In this document: piece after piece, positions 49,849 to 59,311 of the stretch | Numbering within the stretch: position 1 is the first letter of the stretch | How the letters are laid out: each line of letters begins with the position of its first letter | Origin: a virus | Taxonomy: Duplodnaviria; Caudoviricetes | Direction: 5' to 3' (one strand) | DNA: 64,000 bases | IMG/VR virus record: IMGVR_UViG_3300028284_000005 | Span: 1,752 to 65,751 of that record | Made by a program: the position numbers and the translations under genes | Notes under the pieces: generated by a model | Database searches by the model: none | What the model was told of the DNA's origin: nothing | Seen by the model: only the letters and a program-made list of their open reading frames with translations

Positions 49849-51906
49849 ATGGCAATAAATATAAAAGAATTATTCAACGCTGACTCAGATAACATCAAGG
49901 TTGAAAAGACAAATTACAACTTTGATCAAGTTTTAGCAAATGGTGGAGGGCCAATTGGTCCTAAAGGAGTTCAAGGAACTACTGGTAATACAGGCCAAAA
50001 AGGAGATATAGGTGATAAAGGTGATATAGGTGATAAAGGAAGTAAAGGAGAACAAGGTGCTTCTTTAAATATATGGGATAAAGATACTACGGCTATAGGT
50101 TCTCTTCCTATAGAATTATTAAGACCTTTTAATAATCCTGGACCTAATGAACTTGCTTCTAGGATTATTTTAGGAGATGATACTGTTAATTCAGCTACTC
50201 CTTCATTTACACCTAGTGCTTTATTAAGTTTATTCTTAAGAGCAGATGATGCACCTAATCAATTAGAATTTAAACTAGAAGATGTTAATGCTGCATTATA
50301 TAATATGAGAAGTGATTATGTAAGTGGAATTGGAACTACTTTAAAAATAGTAGGTAGTGCCGCCGCTGTTCAAGGGGAAACTGTTAATATGACAATAAAT
50401 CCTGGAAATAATATTACACTATTAGGTTCTACCTTAGATTTAAATGCAAGTGGAGCTATTCAAATATCTTCTAGTGGATCAAATATTATATTAGAAGGAA
50501 ATAATGGAGTGACGATCGATGGCCAGGATGGAGACGTATTAATTGACAACACTACAGGAGATGGTGACATTACTATATCTTCTAATGAGGATTTTAATTT
50601 AAACTCTTCTGCGATTAACATGACAGCAAATGGAGGTGGAGACAATATAGATATTGCTATTACAGCAAATGATGGAGAAGTTAATATTAAGGCTTTAAAT
50701 AGTAATGATGTTTTAATTGGAAATGCAGCTGGTACGGATTCTATTTATTTGGCAGCGAATAGCTTAATAAGATTAAATACTAATACAGAGGTTGAGATTA
50801 ATACTCCATTAATTGACATGAACGCTACTGACAACGTTACCATAAACGCTAACACTGGCTCCACAACTATTAGTTCATTTAATGAAAATAATATTAATAC
50901 CACTAATACTGGATCAAGTAATATTTTAAATGCTCCACTTATTGGAGGGTCTAATGATTTAAGAATTGCAAATAGTAGTAAATTTAAAACTGAATCTTCT
51001 TTAAATACTTCAGATAATACTGTATTTTTTAGTGATTTAAATGGAGATCATATAGGAGGTGATAATTTTATATTAGATCCTAATGATGTTACATCAGGTG
51101 ATGGTATAAGATTTAAAGAAGGGGGAATAAGAACATATCCTCAAAACCCACAAGTAGGAGATGGTGGAACGCTGGCTGCCCCTAACAATGGTTCAGATGA
51201 TGAATATAGAACATTAAGTGATTATTTTTATAAAAATAGTATTAGTTTAGATAACAGCGGTGTTTATCAAAGGTTTGATACTACAGGTACTAGTATTGAT
51301 GATTGGTTATATACTAATGCTACATATACTACACTAGATTCATCTACTTCTCAAACAGGTGGCTCTTCAAAAAGTCAATTTGGATATGTAAAAAATGGTC
51401 ATTTAATAAATGCGTTTGGATCTATACAGGTTACTCGTGGAGGAGTTCAGTCTTGGTCATTTGACAGTGATTCTAGTAGGTATACAATTGCAATAGACCT
51501 AGACTCAGGTGATGAGTTTCCTTATATAAATGATCTTAATAGACCTATACATGTTAATGTTACTACGTTTGGATATAATTATAGTATCTCAGGAGTTGGA
51601 AGTGGTCATGGTACTTTTTTTAATGGATCGGGAAGTGCTACAACTAATCTTAATGGACCTGCTCACTATACAAACGGTGGTGATTTAGTTTTATTTAAAG
51701 GAGTAATTAGGCCAGGTGAAAATAAAATACTATTATTAACAGAGATACAAAACCAAGGAGACGCTACTTCTAGTAATGGAAATCATAACGATGTATATAC
51801 TACTGGACTACCTCCTACTTTTTTTGCAACTCTTCCTGCGATGTTTTTATTTAATTTTTCAATGCCAGTTAGATGGAATAGTTATAATCAATTAAATAAA
51901 GTATAG
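49849..51906 (+). CDS. Tail fibre/receptor-binding protein with collagen-like segment
   Basis: About 12 Gly-X-Y triplets near the N-terminus, then beta-helix-like IxIxA repeats. Confidence 0.7.
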   Translation: MAINIKELFNADSDNIKVEKTNYNFDQVLANGGGPIGPKGVQGTTGNTGQKGDIGDKGDIGDKGSKGEQGASLNIWDKDTTAIGSLPIELLRPFNNPGPNELASRIILGDDTVNSATPSFTPSALLSLFLRADDAPNQLEFKLEDVNAALYNMRSDYVSGIGTTLKIVGSAAAVQGETVNMTINPGNNITLLGSTLDLNASGAIQISSSGSNIILEGNNGVTIDGQDGDVLIDNTTGDGDITISSNEDFNLNSSAINMTANGGGDNIDIAITANDGEVNIKALNSNDVLIGNAAGTDSIYLAANSLIRLNTNTEVEINTPLIDMNATDNVTINANTGSTTISSFNENNINTTNTGSSNILNAPLIGGSNDLRIANSSKFKTESSLNTSDNTVFFSDLNGDHIGGDNFILDPNDVTSGDGIRFKEGGIRTYPQNPQVGDGGTLAAPNNGSDDEYRTLSDYFYKNSISLDNSGVYQRFDTTGTSIDDWLYTNATYTTLDSSTSQTGGSSKSQFGYVKNGHLINAFGSIQVTRGGVQSWSFDSDSSRYTIAIDLDSGDEFPYINDLNRPIHVNVTTFGYNYSISGVGSGHGTFFNGSGSATTNLNGPAHYTNGGDLVLFKGVIRPGENKILLLTEIQNQGDATSSNGNHNDVYTTGLPPTFFATLPAMFLFNFSMPVRWNSYNQLNKV

Positions 51907-51943
51907 GTACAGGCGGTTAATTATAAATTATAAAAAATATTAA

Positions 51944-52741
51944 ATGTTTAAAAGTTTAGAAATAAAGCCAATTCATTTTATAGTAACTATTTTATTGCTT
52001 ATTATTTTATTAATGCATCAATGTAATAGGACTTCTAAGATAAAGGCTATTAATAAAGGCTTAGAGGTTAAAGTAGAAAGAGCGGGACAAAATATAATTG
52101 CAAGTCAAGATAGTATAAAATATTATAAAAATGAAAATGACTTCTTAGTTAGTGAAATTACAGCATATGTGTTTACTGCAGAAGAATTAACAAATGATGC
52201 TAATGACTTATATGCAAAATACGAAGATGCACTAGGAGATATTAAAAAACTTAAAAAGGTAAATCAATTGCTAAGTGCAGAAATTAACATTAAAGAAGTT
52301 GATACAGTTTACGCTTTTATAGAAAGTGATTCAGTTTTATATTTTAATGATTCTACTGATTATGGAGATGGCAATTGGAGAAAATGGAATAGTAAGATTA
52401 GTCTGTTCGAAAAGGATAATAAATTAACAGGAGCATTGAATAGTTTTAGTTATGAACAAGTAATTAAATTATACTCAAGCATCGAGGAAGTTGAAGGAAT
52501 TAAAAAAATTAATATTGCTACAAAATACCCTGGCTTAACATTTAATAGCATTGAAGGAATTAGTCTCATTGAAGATGAGATAAATAAAGCAAAGGAAGAA
52601 TATAAAAGTAGAGTTAAATTAGGTTTAGGCGTTGGCTATGGTTTAACCTTTACAAAAGACAATAGAGTTTATCATGGACCTCAACTTGGTTTATTTTTAA
52701 CATATACTCCAAAGTTGTTCAATTTTAAAAGAGATAAATAA
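51944..52741 (+). CDS. Membrane-anchored coiled-coil protein, possible spanin-like
   Basis: N-terminal TM ending near Cys, coiled coil, C-terminal amphipathic beta hairpin GLGVGYG...QLGLFLTY. Confidence 0.5.
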   Translation: MFKSLEIKPIHFIVTILLLIILLMHQCNRTSKIKAINKGLEVKVERAGQNIIASQDSIKYYKNENDFLVSEITAYVFTAEELTNDANDLYAKYEDALGDIKKLKKVNQLLSAEINIKEVDTVYAFIESDSVLYFNDSTDYGDGNWRKWNSKISLFEKDNKLTGALNSFSYEQVIKLYSSIEEVEGIKKINIATKYPGLTFNSIEGISLIEDEINKAKEEYKSRVKLGLGVGYGLTFTKDNRVYHGPQLGLFLTYTPKLFNFKRDK

Positions 52742-52744
52742 ATT

Positions 52745-54736
52745 ATGGCAGAAAGTTCAAGATATTACAAAATAGATAATGATATACTTTTAGAGTTTAT
52801 CTATCACGATCAAGGTGACACTACACCCTATGAGGTAGATGTTGATGACAATGGTAGTGAGATAAAAGTATTAGACACTGTCCAAGGAGATTCAACTCAA
52901 ACTAGACATTTAATAAATGAACTAGGTAGTGACGTTGTGAATTTCGATGTCACTGAAGACGGTGCATATATTGCAATTGAAAATTTTGCAGCAAGAACCT
53001 TATTATTAGAAATTGGTAAAACATATAAGTTTGATCTTAGCACCCTATCAGTTCCTGGTGATTTTGCAATTACTGGAACTAACAATGGACCTGGGCTAGT
53101 AGGAACTATTTTTGAATATATCCCTGCAAATACTGGAAATTATACATACTCTCTAACTAATTTCATTGGTGGAAAGGTTACAATTGGCAATACTGCAAAT
53201 CCACTGTTTGCCACGCCTGATGAGGAAACAGGGAATAGTATCGTAACAGGTTCTGGCAGCATTGGCAGATACATGGGCGTAAATGTAAATGAAAACAAAT
53301 ATGCTTTATTAGATAATAATAATATTTTTATAAATAGCATTGAGTGGAATGGATCTAATTCTGCAGATTTATTAGCAAGTCAAACAGCTGCGACTGCTGC
53401 TATTACTAAAGTAAAATATGATAAAGTTAGACTACATTTAAGAAGTGGCTTTAGTTTTGCTGCAAGAGGATATGAAGGTTTCTTATTTGAAATAACAACT
53501 GATAGAACTTCTGAAGTAAAAAACTTTTTAACACAGATCGTTTACTTAAATACATCTAGTTTTGAAATAAAAAATCCTAGACCTTTTATTTTAAGTGAAA
53601 CATTATATAGTAGTTTTATTGAAGTTAAATTACCTACGCTAATTAATCAATTTAGTGATTTTGAAAATTTCTTCTATGATAATGGTTCAGGGATTAGTGA
53701 TTTAGATCCTACTTCTAATTTTAGTGCATCGTTAAAGTTAATTGATAGAGTTGAAGATACTGCTGGAATTGATTATTTCTATACAGGTGAAGAGACAAAC
53801 TTTTTAATATCTAGGGAAGATGAATTTCAAGATTTTACAGTAGTTGTTGAGGAAGCAAATGATGGGGATTATTTTTCAATATATGGTGAAAAGGATGGAA
53901 GTGCTGCTGATTTTGAAAGTTATATTATAAATAGAATCGCAACGAGTTCAGATGACATTAGTGTTATTTATGATATTACAGTAAATGAATTAATAGGAAC
54001 TAGTTTCATAGAAACATATGCTACAACTTTAACACAAACTCAGGATTTTGAAGAGCACACTGAATTTAGACCTATTATTAAAAATGCAAATACTGCAATC
54101 AGTTTTTTAATAGATGTCACTATGAGAATTTATAATCAAACTGATAATACTCAAATTGTAAAAAGAGCTAGTTTAATCTATAATAATCCTGCTAAATATG
54201 GTAAAAGATTATTAAAGGTAAATATAGCTTCTACTGCTAATTTAACTAGAGTTTATAATACTCTTCCAAATTTACAAGCTACTAGAAATGTTGCACAAGT
54301 TATTAATTCAAGTTTGCCTAAAGCTCAGGTTAAATATGCGCCCGCATTTATTGAAAGATTAAATATTATAGTAAATGTCGGTAACGTTACAATAGATGAT
54401 GGCCAAATTAGTTCTATTAATAATGACAATGGTTTAGAAATATCTCCATTTGATATGTATGTTAAATTTAATATTTCTAAAATTGAAGGTGGAGAAAGAA
54501 AAACAATTTCATTTACTAATTTAAAAAATGTTAGATTAAATTTTAGCAATGGAATTTATTTTAATAACATTACATCTTTTAAAGAGGTTGATATGTCAAA
54601 TGGTGAAGTTCTTTTTAAAATAGATAAAGCTAACTCAGTTAAATTACAAGGTTTAAGTAATAAAACATACTATATTTCAATAGATAGTGGTAGTAATGAA
54701 ACTATGGTATTTAAAGGAGATTATAACGCTATATGA
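52745..54736 (+). CDS. Putative virion structural protein
   Basis: GATAAATA-N4-ATG, structural context. Confidence 0.55.
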   Translation: MAESSRYYKIDNDILLEFIYHDQGDTTPYEVDVDDNGSEIKVLDTVQGDSTQTRHLINELGSDVVNFDVTEDGAYIAIENFAARTLLLEIGKTYKFDLSTLSVPGDFAITGTNNGPGLVGTIFEYIPANTGNYTYSLTNFIGGKVTIGNTANPLFATPDEETGNSIVTGSGSIGRYMGVNVNENKYALLDNNNIFINSIEWNGSNSADLLASQTAATAAITKVKYDKVRLHLRSGFSFAARGYEGFLFEITTDRTSEVKNFLTQIVYLNTSSFEIKNPRPFILSETLYSSFIEVKLPTLINQFSDFENFFYDNGSGISDLDPTSNFSASLKLIDRVEDTAGIDYFYTGEETNFLISREDEFQDFTVVVEEANDGDYFSIYGEKDGSAADFESYIINRIATSSDDISVIYDITVNELIGTSFIETYATTLTQTQDFEEHTEFRPIIKNANTAISFLIDVTMRIYNQTDNTQIVKRASLIYNNPAKYGKRLLKVNIASTANLTRVYNTLPNLQATRNVAQVINSSLPKAQVKYAPAFIERLNIIVNVGNVTIDDGQISSINNDNGLEISPFDMYVKFNISKIEGGERKTISFTNLKNVRLNFSNGIYFNNITSFKEVDMSNGEVLFKIDKANSVKLQGLSNKTYYISIDSGSNETMVFKGDYNAI

Positions 54737-55284
54737 TTTTAAATAGTAAAAATAATTCATTTGATTTTAGGTTTCCTAAGCATTTTGTTCCAGAAGAAGT
54801 TGCAAAAAAATATAAGGCTTATCTAAATAAAATACCAGGGACTCTTTTTGAGGAGCCTATAGATTTTATTAATTATGGTATTCAGGCTATTAATTTACCA
54901 GGTATAACCTATGATCCAATAACTCAGCAAGATAACGATGGAACCGTTCGTTATTTTAGAGGAAAGGTGCCTATTCAAAATACAATCACTAGACAGTTTA
55001 ATGTAACTATGCAATTAATGGATGGTTATATTAATTATTGGATGATGACAGATATTTTATTATATTATTATGCATCTACAACTAAGCAAAAATATTTAGA
55101 AGATCTAAAAATTAGAATATTAGATCAGGAAGGTTTAGGGGTTGCAAGTATTACTTTTGAAAAACCAATAATGCATCAAATTAGTGAGTTAAATTTAAAT
55201 ATGGCAGAAAATGTTGCTGAATTTAATACATTTGAATTAAACTTCTCATATAACAAATTTAATATTAAAATAGACGTAGATTAA
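54733..55284 (+). CDS. Tail completion/tube-terminator protein (T4 gp3-like)
   Basis: IQAINLPGI...FNVTMQLMDGYINYW...FNTFELNFSY. Confidence 0.6.
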   Translation: MILNSKNNSFDFRFPKHFVPEEVAKKYKAYLNKIPGTLFEEPIDFINYGIQAINLPGITYDPITQQDNDGTVRYFRGKVPIQNTITRQFNVTMQLMDGYINYWMMTDILLYYYASTTKQKYLEDLKIRILDQEGLGVASITFEKPIMHQISELNLNMAENVAEFNTFELNFSYNKFNIKIDVD

Positions 55285-55300
55285 AATTGATATATAATTT

Positions 55301-55669
55301 ATGAAAACATTTATAGAATATTTAGAGGAAAGTAAAGTTACTTCCGATGAAATGAATCTTTTAACAGAGGGTCTTCAACAAGAATGGACTCCTGAATTAG
55401 AAGAAAAGGTAGATCAAGCAGTTGATTCTTTTTTAAACGAATACAGAGATGAAGATGGAAATCTAGATATTAATAGGTTTAATAACGAAATGACAAGTGA
55501 AGGTCTTTTAGGTTCCATTGTAGGTGGTCTTGCTGGATTTGCTTTAGGAAAATCTATTGGAAAAATGGTAGCTAAAGTATTAGGTGTTCAAAAAGGTATT
55601 TTATATGATTTATTAACTTCAAGACTTGTTGGAACTGCAATCGGAGCTTCAATTGGTAAAAGGTTTTAA
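55301..55669 (+). CDS. Putative head-internal protein with C-terminal glycine zipper
   Basis: Starts MKTFIEYLEES. Ends GLLGSIVGGLAGFALG...VGTAIGASIG. Confidence 0.6.
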   Translation: MKTFIEYLEESKVTSDEMNLLTEGLQQEWTPELEEKVDQAVDSFLNEYRDEDGNLDINRFNNEMTSEGLLGSIVGGLAGFALGKSIGKMVAKVLGVQKGILYDLLTSRLVGTAIGASIGKRF

Positions 55670-55670
55670 T

Positions 55671-56327
55671 ATGAATTTTATCACAATTGATTTTTCTTTA
55701 AACTCTCCTGGTATTTGTTTATTTAATGACAATACTAATCAATATCATTTTATTTCTTATTTAAAAAGATCAGGTACAAAAAAGGCTATTAAGACACAGG
55801 AAGACTTAGCTCTAATGGAGGGTGTTACTCTTGTTTTTCAACCGGATTGGGAAACACATGTTGATTATTCTAGTATTGAACTTGCTAAGATTAAACGTTA
55901 TGATATTATGTCAAATGATATTATCGAACTAATTACAAAACATATAGATAAAGAAGACTCTTTTAAGATAGCTTTTGAAGGAGTATCTTACGGTAGTTCT
56001 GCTGGGACTAATAATATTATTGATATGGCAGCTGCGGCATCTATTCTTAAGATTAAACTTCTCAAATACTTTAAGCCTGAAGATATTTTAACAATAGCTC
56101 CTTCAACAATTAAAAAACATGCAGGTAAAGGTAACATGAATAAGCTTGCTTTATGGGATGTCTTTATAAATAATTCTACTGGTGAAAAATTTCTCGAGGA
56201 GACAAAATTCTGGAAGTTCGCTAAAACCGTTGAATTCGGTAAATCTATCCCAAAGCCCTTTGATGACCTTGTAGACGCTTTCTACTTAAACTCCTTAATG
56301 AGAACCTTAGAACCTAATCTTCCCTGA
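55671..56327 (+). CDS. RuvC-like Holliday junction resolvase (start revised to ATG 55671)
   Basis: ITIDFSLNSPG, IAFEGVSYG, APSTIKKHAGKGN and DDLVDAF RNase H-fold acidic residues. Confidence 0.8.
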   Translation: MNFITIDFSLNSPGICLFNDNTNQYHFISYLKRSGTKKAIKTQEDLALMEGVTLVFQPDWETHVDYSSIELAKIKRYDIMSNDIIELITKHIDKEDSFKIAFEGVSYGSSAGTNNIIDMAAAASILKIKLLKYFKPEDILTIAPSTIKKHAGKGNMNKLALWDVFINNSTGEKFLEETKFWKFAKTVEFGKSIPKPFDDLVDAFYLNSLMRTLEPNLP

Positions 56328-56419
56328 GGCTTAAATACTTAAGTTATATAGCCCGTTCTCTCTTTTGTTTCAGAAAATATAAAAAAAAATGAAAAAAAGT
56401 TTTTTAGCCTATTTAGTTG

Positions 56420-56446
56420 AAACTATTTCAATTAAAGATATATAAT
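56420..56446 (+). promoter_or_regulatory. Putative middle promoter AAAC-N17-TATAAT overlapping a late GATATATA
   Basis: AAAC 56420, TATAAT 56441, GATATATA 56437. A second near-copy is AAAC-N17-TATATT at 56574. Confidence 0.6.
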
Positions 56447-56619
56447 ATTGTATATGGAAAACGATAAACTAAGTTCATATTTGAACACTAATTATCGGAC
56501 CCTGTCTGAAGCAAACATAGGTGCAATAGCACAAACTAAGTCGGTTAGACGCGCAAACAAGGTTCATATTATGAAACTATTTTAAAGTTGTCTATATATT
56601 ATTATAAGTTTAAAGTATA

Positions 56620-56669
56620 AACGGTAAATTAAATTAAAGTAAATTAAAGATTAAAAGTAAATTAAAGTT
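56620..56669 (+). promoter_or_regulatory. Putative gp32 autogenous translational operator (A/U-rich repeats)
   Basis: AAATTAAAG at 56631, 56641 and 56659, directly before the gp32 ATG. Confidence 0.55.
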
Positions 56670-57587
56670 ATGGAAGATTTTAACATTTTTAGTATTGGTG
56701 TCGAAGACATCAACACACATGAACAAGAGGCAAGTACAACTGGAAACATAATGTATAAGCCTTCTGCCGATGACGGCAAAGACGGAACGTATAAAGCATT
56801 AATTAGATTCGTTCCTAATATTGAAAACCCAAGAAATTCATTAATTAAAAAATATGTAAACTGGTTAACAGGACCAAACGGCGAGTCTAAGTTAGTTGAT
56901 TCTCCAAGTACAATAGGAGAAAGCTGTCCAGTTTCTGATGCATTTTTTAGATTAAGAAAATCAGAAAGCGCAGTTGATAGAAAAGCGTCTGATAAATTAA
57001 AAAGAAGAGAATCTTATGTTGCTCTTGTAAAGGTAATAAAAGATCCTCAACAACCAGATTTAGAAGGTACTTATAAAGTATTTAAATTCGGTTACAAAAT
57101 CAAAGAAAAAATTGATGCGGAATTAAAGCCTAATTTTGGTGAGCCAACTCAAGTATTTGATTTATTTGAAGGTAAAAACTTTGAGTTAGTAATTACAAGA
57201 CAAAATGATTATAATAATTACGATACTTCTAAATTCTCATCTTCAACGTCTGCTGTTACAATTAATGGTAAAGCAGCAGAAAGAACTAAAGAAGATATGG
57301 ATGCTATTAAAACTGAATTAGAAAACGCTCCATCATTAAAAGCTTTTGAATATAAAGCATGGGATGAAGAAACAAGAAATTTCGTAAATAGTGTAATTAA
57401 AATGTATTTAAATCCTGGAAACGCAATGGATTCAATTACAAATGCATTTGAAACTAAAACTACACCAGCTACTGTTGCTACAGAAACGGCTACTAAGGAT
57501 CCAGTTAAATTAACTGAAGATAAAAAAGAAGCTACTCCAGCAGGCGGTGATGATTTAGAATCTTTTTTGAATGATCTCGAACTCTAA
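56670..57587 (+). CDS. gp32: Single-stranded DNA-binding protein (T4 gp32-like)
   Basis: ALIRFVP, PSTIGESCPV, VIKDPQQPDLEGTYKVFKFGYKI, FDLFEGKNF, NNYDTSKF and acidic tail DDLESFLNDLEL. Confidence 0.9.
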   Translation: MEDFNIFSIGVEDINTHEQEASTTGNIMYKPSADDGKDGTYKALIRFVPNIENPRNSLIKKYVNWLTGPNGESKLVDSPSTIGESCPVSDAFFRLRKSESAVDRKASDKLKRRESYVALVKVIKDPQQPDLEGTYKVFKFGYKIKEKIDAELKPNFGEPTQVFDLFEGKNFELVITRQNDYNNYDTSKFSSSTSAVTINGKAAERTKEDMDAIKTELENAPSLKAFEYKAWDEETRNFVNSVIKMYLNPGNAMDSITNAFETKTTPATVATETATKDPVKLTEDKKEATPAGGDDLESFLNDLEL

Positions 57588-58653
57588 TACAGAATTAACA
57601 TTAGAATTAAAGGAAAAGATTAAAGTACTAGTAAAAGAAGTAGTAGTCAAATCTCATTCTAGCCACTCTAAACACATGATAAAGGATATGTCAGATAGAT
57701 TAAATCTGGCATGTCCCTATTGTGGTGATTCAAGCAGAGATGATTCTGCAAAAAGAGGTAATTTATTCTGGAGCACATTACAGTATCATTGTTTTAATTG
57801 TGAATATCACACAAACGTCTATTATTTTTTAAAAGATTTCGGTATTCAAATGCCAGATAAAATGGATGCTATAACGTTGATTGACTATGTTAAAAGTAGA
57901 AAAAATACAATAGACACCTCTGAAAAGTTTACACCATTTGTATATGAAAAAATATTAGAACTATCAATAAGCGTAGAAGACTTTTCAAAAGCAACCGGTG
58001 CAAAGCCAATTCAAATTGGAGATTGGATATGGTTTAAATTAAAAGAAAGACTCCTACATAAAAAATTAGATAGCTTTTTATTTAATCCTAAAGATAAAAG
58101 GCTTTGGATATTAAACAAATCAATTGACGATAAAATAATAGGTGCACAATGTAGAAGAATGCAAGGAAAAGGTTCAAGATATTTAACTTATGATTTGAGT
58201 AAAATACATGAAGCCTTATTAAATAAGCCATTTGAAATGGATGAAGAAACTCGCCAACAATTTAATAACGTATCTACATTGTTTGGAGCATTACGTGTAA
58301 ATTTCCAAAACCCAGTTACAATATTCGAAGGTCCATTAGATGCAATGTTTATGAGAAACTCAATTGCACTATGTACAGTTGGAAGAGACACTACTAAATT
58401 AGACTATATTGATAGTAGTCGATATATGTTAGATAATGATGAAGCCGGCCTTAAAAAATCCATTGAAAAACTTAAATCAGGTAAAAAGGTATTTATGTGG
58501 ACTAAATATCTAAAGGATAAAAAAATGGATAAATATACTATAAAAGATTTAAACGACCTTGTAAAGGTTTGTTATAATGAAAAAATAAAAATATCTCTGT
58601 CAGAGTTAGATGATTATTTTACTAACGATAAACTTGATATGAGATATGTTTGA
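57571..58653 (+). CDS. gp61: DNA primase (T4 gp61-like)
   Basis: CPYCGDS...HCFNC zinc finger. IFEGPLDAMF, LDNDEAG and KDLND TOPRIM motifs. Confidence 0.9.
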   Translation: MISNSNTELTLELKEKIKVLVKEVVVKSHSSHSKHMIKDMSDRLNLACPYCGDSSRDDSAKRGNLFWSTLQYHCFNCEYHTNVYYFLKDFGIQMPDKMDAITLIDYVKSRKNTIDTSEKFTPFVYEKILELSISVEDFSKATGAKPIQIGDWIWFKLKERLLHKKLDSFLFNPKDKRLWILNKSIDDKIIGAQCRRMQGKGSRYLTYDLSKIHEALLNKPFEMDEETRQQFNNVSTLFGALRVNFQNPVTIFEGPLDAMFMRNSIALCTVGRDTTKLDYIDSSRYMLDNDEAGLKKSIEKLKSGKKVFMWTKYLKDKKMDKYTIKDLNDLVKVCYNEKIKISLSELDDYFTNDKLDMRYV

Positions 58654-58852
58654 TATAGATATGGATGAGGAATTAGACAAGTTTTATAGAGATAAAAACA
58701 GGTTTAAAAATTTAAAGAAAATGTTAGATTTTAAATTTAACAAAGAAGATTTTGAAGGTAAAGGTATTAAGATGAGTCAGCCTAAATTTAAAAAGAAATT
58801 GACTACATCGACGTTTATAAAAAGTAAAAGTAATAAGAAAGGACTATTTTAA
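58646..58852 (+). CDS. Hypothetical protein
   Basis: Coupled between primase and the UvsY-like gene. Confidence 0.55.
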   Translation: MFDIDMDEELDKFYRDKNRFKNLKKMLDFKFNKEDFEGKGIKMSQPKFKKKLTTSTFIKSKSNKKGLF

Positions 58853-59295
58853 TGGAACAACAAAAAGACACAAAGGCAAGTAAGATATTAAAGTTAGATG
58901 AAAAACTAGGAGTACAGAGAGATAGATGGACTAAAAAGATAACTGCACTTGCACATGGTATTAAGACATTAAGTGGAATGGAAATTGTTATCGGTGATAT
59001 TTTACATACAAGACAATTAATGGTAGAACAGTTAATGTATGTACAGCTTAAAACAAAAGAGCAGAAAAAACAAGTTGACATTAAATGGAAAGAAACTTGG
59101 ATAAGATATTACAACTATGATTATAAATTAACTGATAAAATAAAAGCACAATTTTTAGAAGCTGAATTAGCAGATGATAAAATGATTTTATCTCAGTTAG
59201 AAAATCAAGTTGAATTTTATAGAGAATCAATAAAGACTCTCGATAATATGGGATTTGCAGTACGTAATAGACTTGCAATTAAAGATCTCGTTTAA
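58852..59295 (+). CDS. uvsY: Recombination mediator UvsY-like
   Basis: Helical. W..YY...FLEAEL...IKTLDNMGFAVRN. Adjacent to UvsW. Confidence 0.7.
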   Translation: MEQQKDTKASKILKLDEKLGVQRDRWTKKITALAHGIKTLSGMEIVIGDILHTRQLMVEQLMYVQLKTKEQKKQVDIKWKETWIRYYNYDYKLTDKIKAQFLEAELADDKMILSQLENQVEFYRESIKTLDNMGFAVRNRLAIKDLV

Positions 59296-59311
59296 AAATT
59301 ATGTTGAATGA

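Noticed and set aside
56505-56565. GCAAAC...GAC.GCAAAC resemblance to a c-di-GMP-I riboswitch, and CTGAAG...GAAAC resemblance to a hammerhead
   Set aside because: No GNRA-capped P2 or tetraloop receptor in the right register, and the hammerhead CUGANGA core is not matched. Kept only as an unassigned structured RNA.
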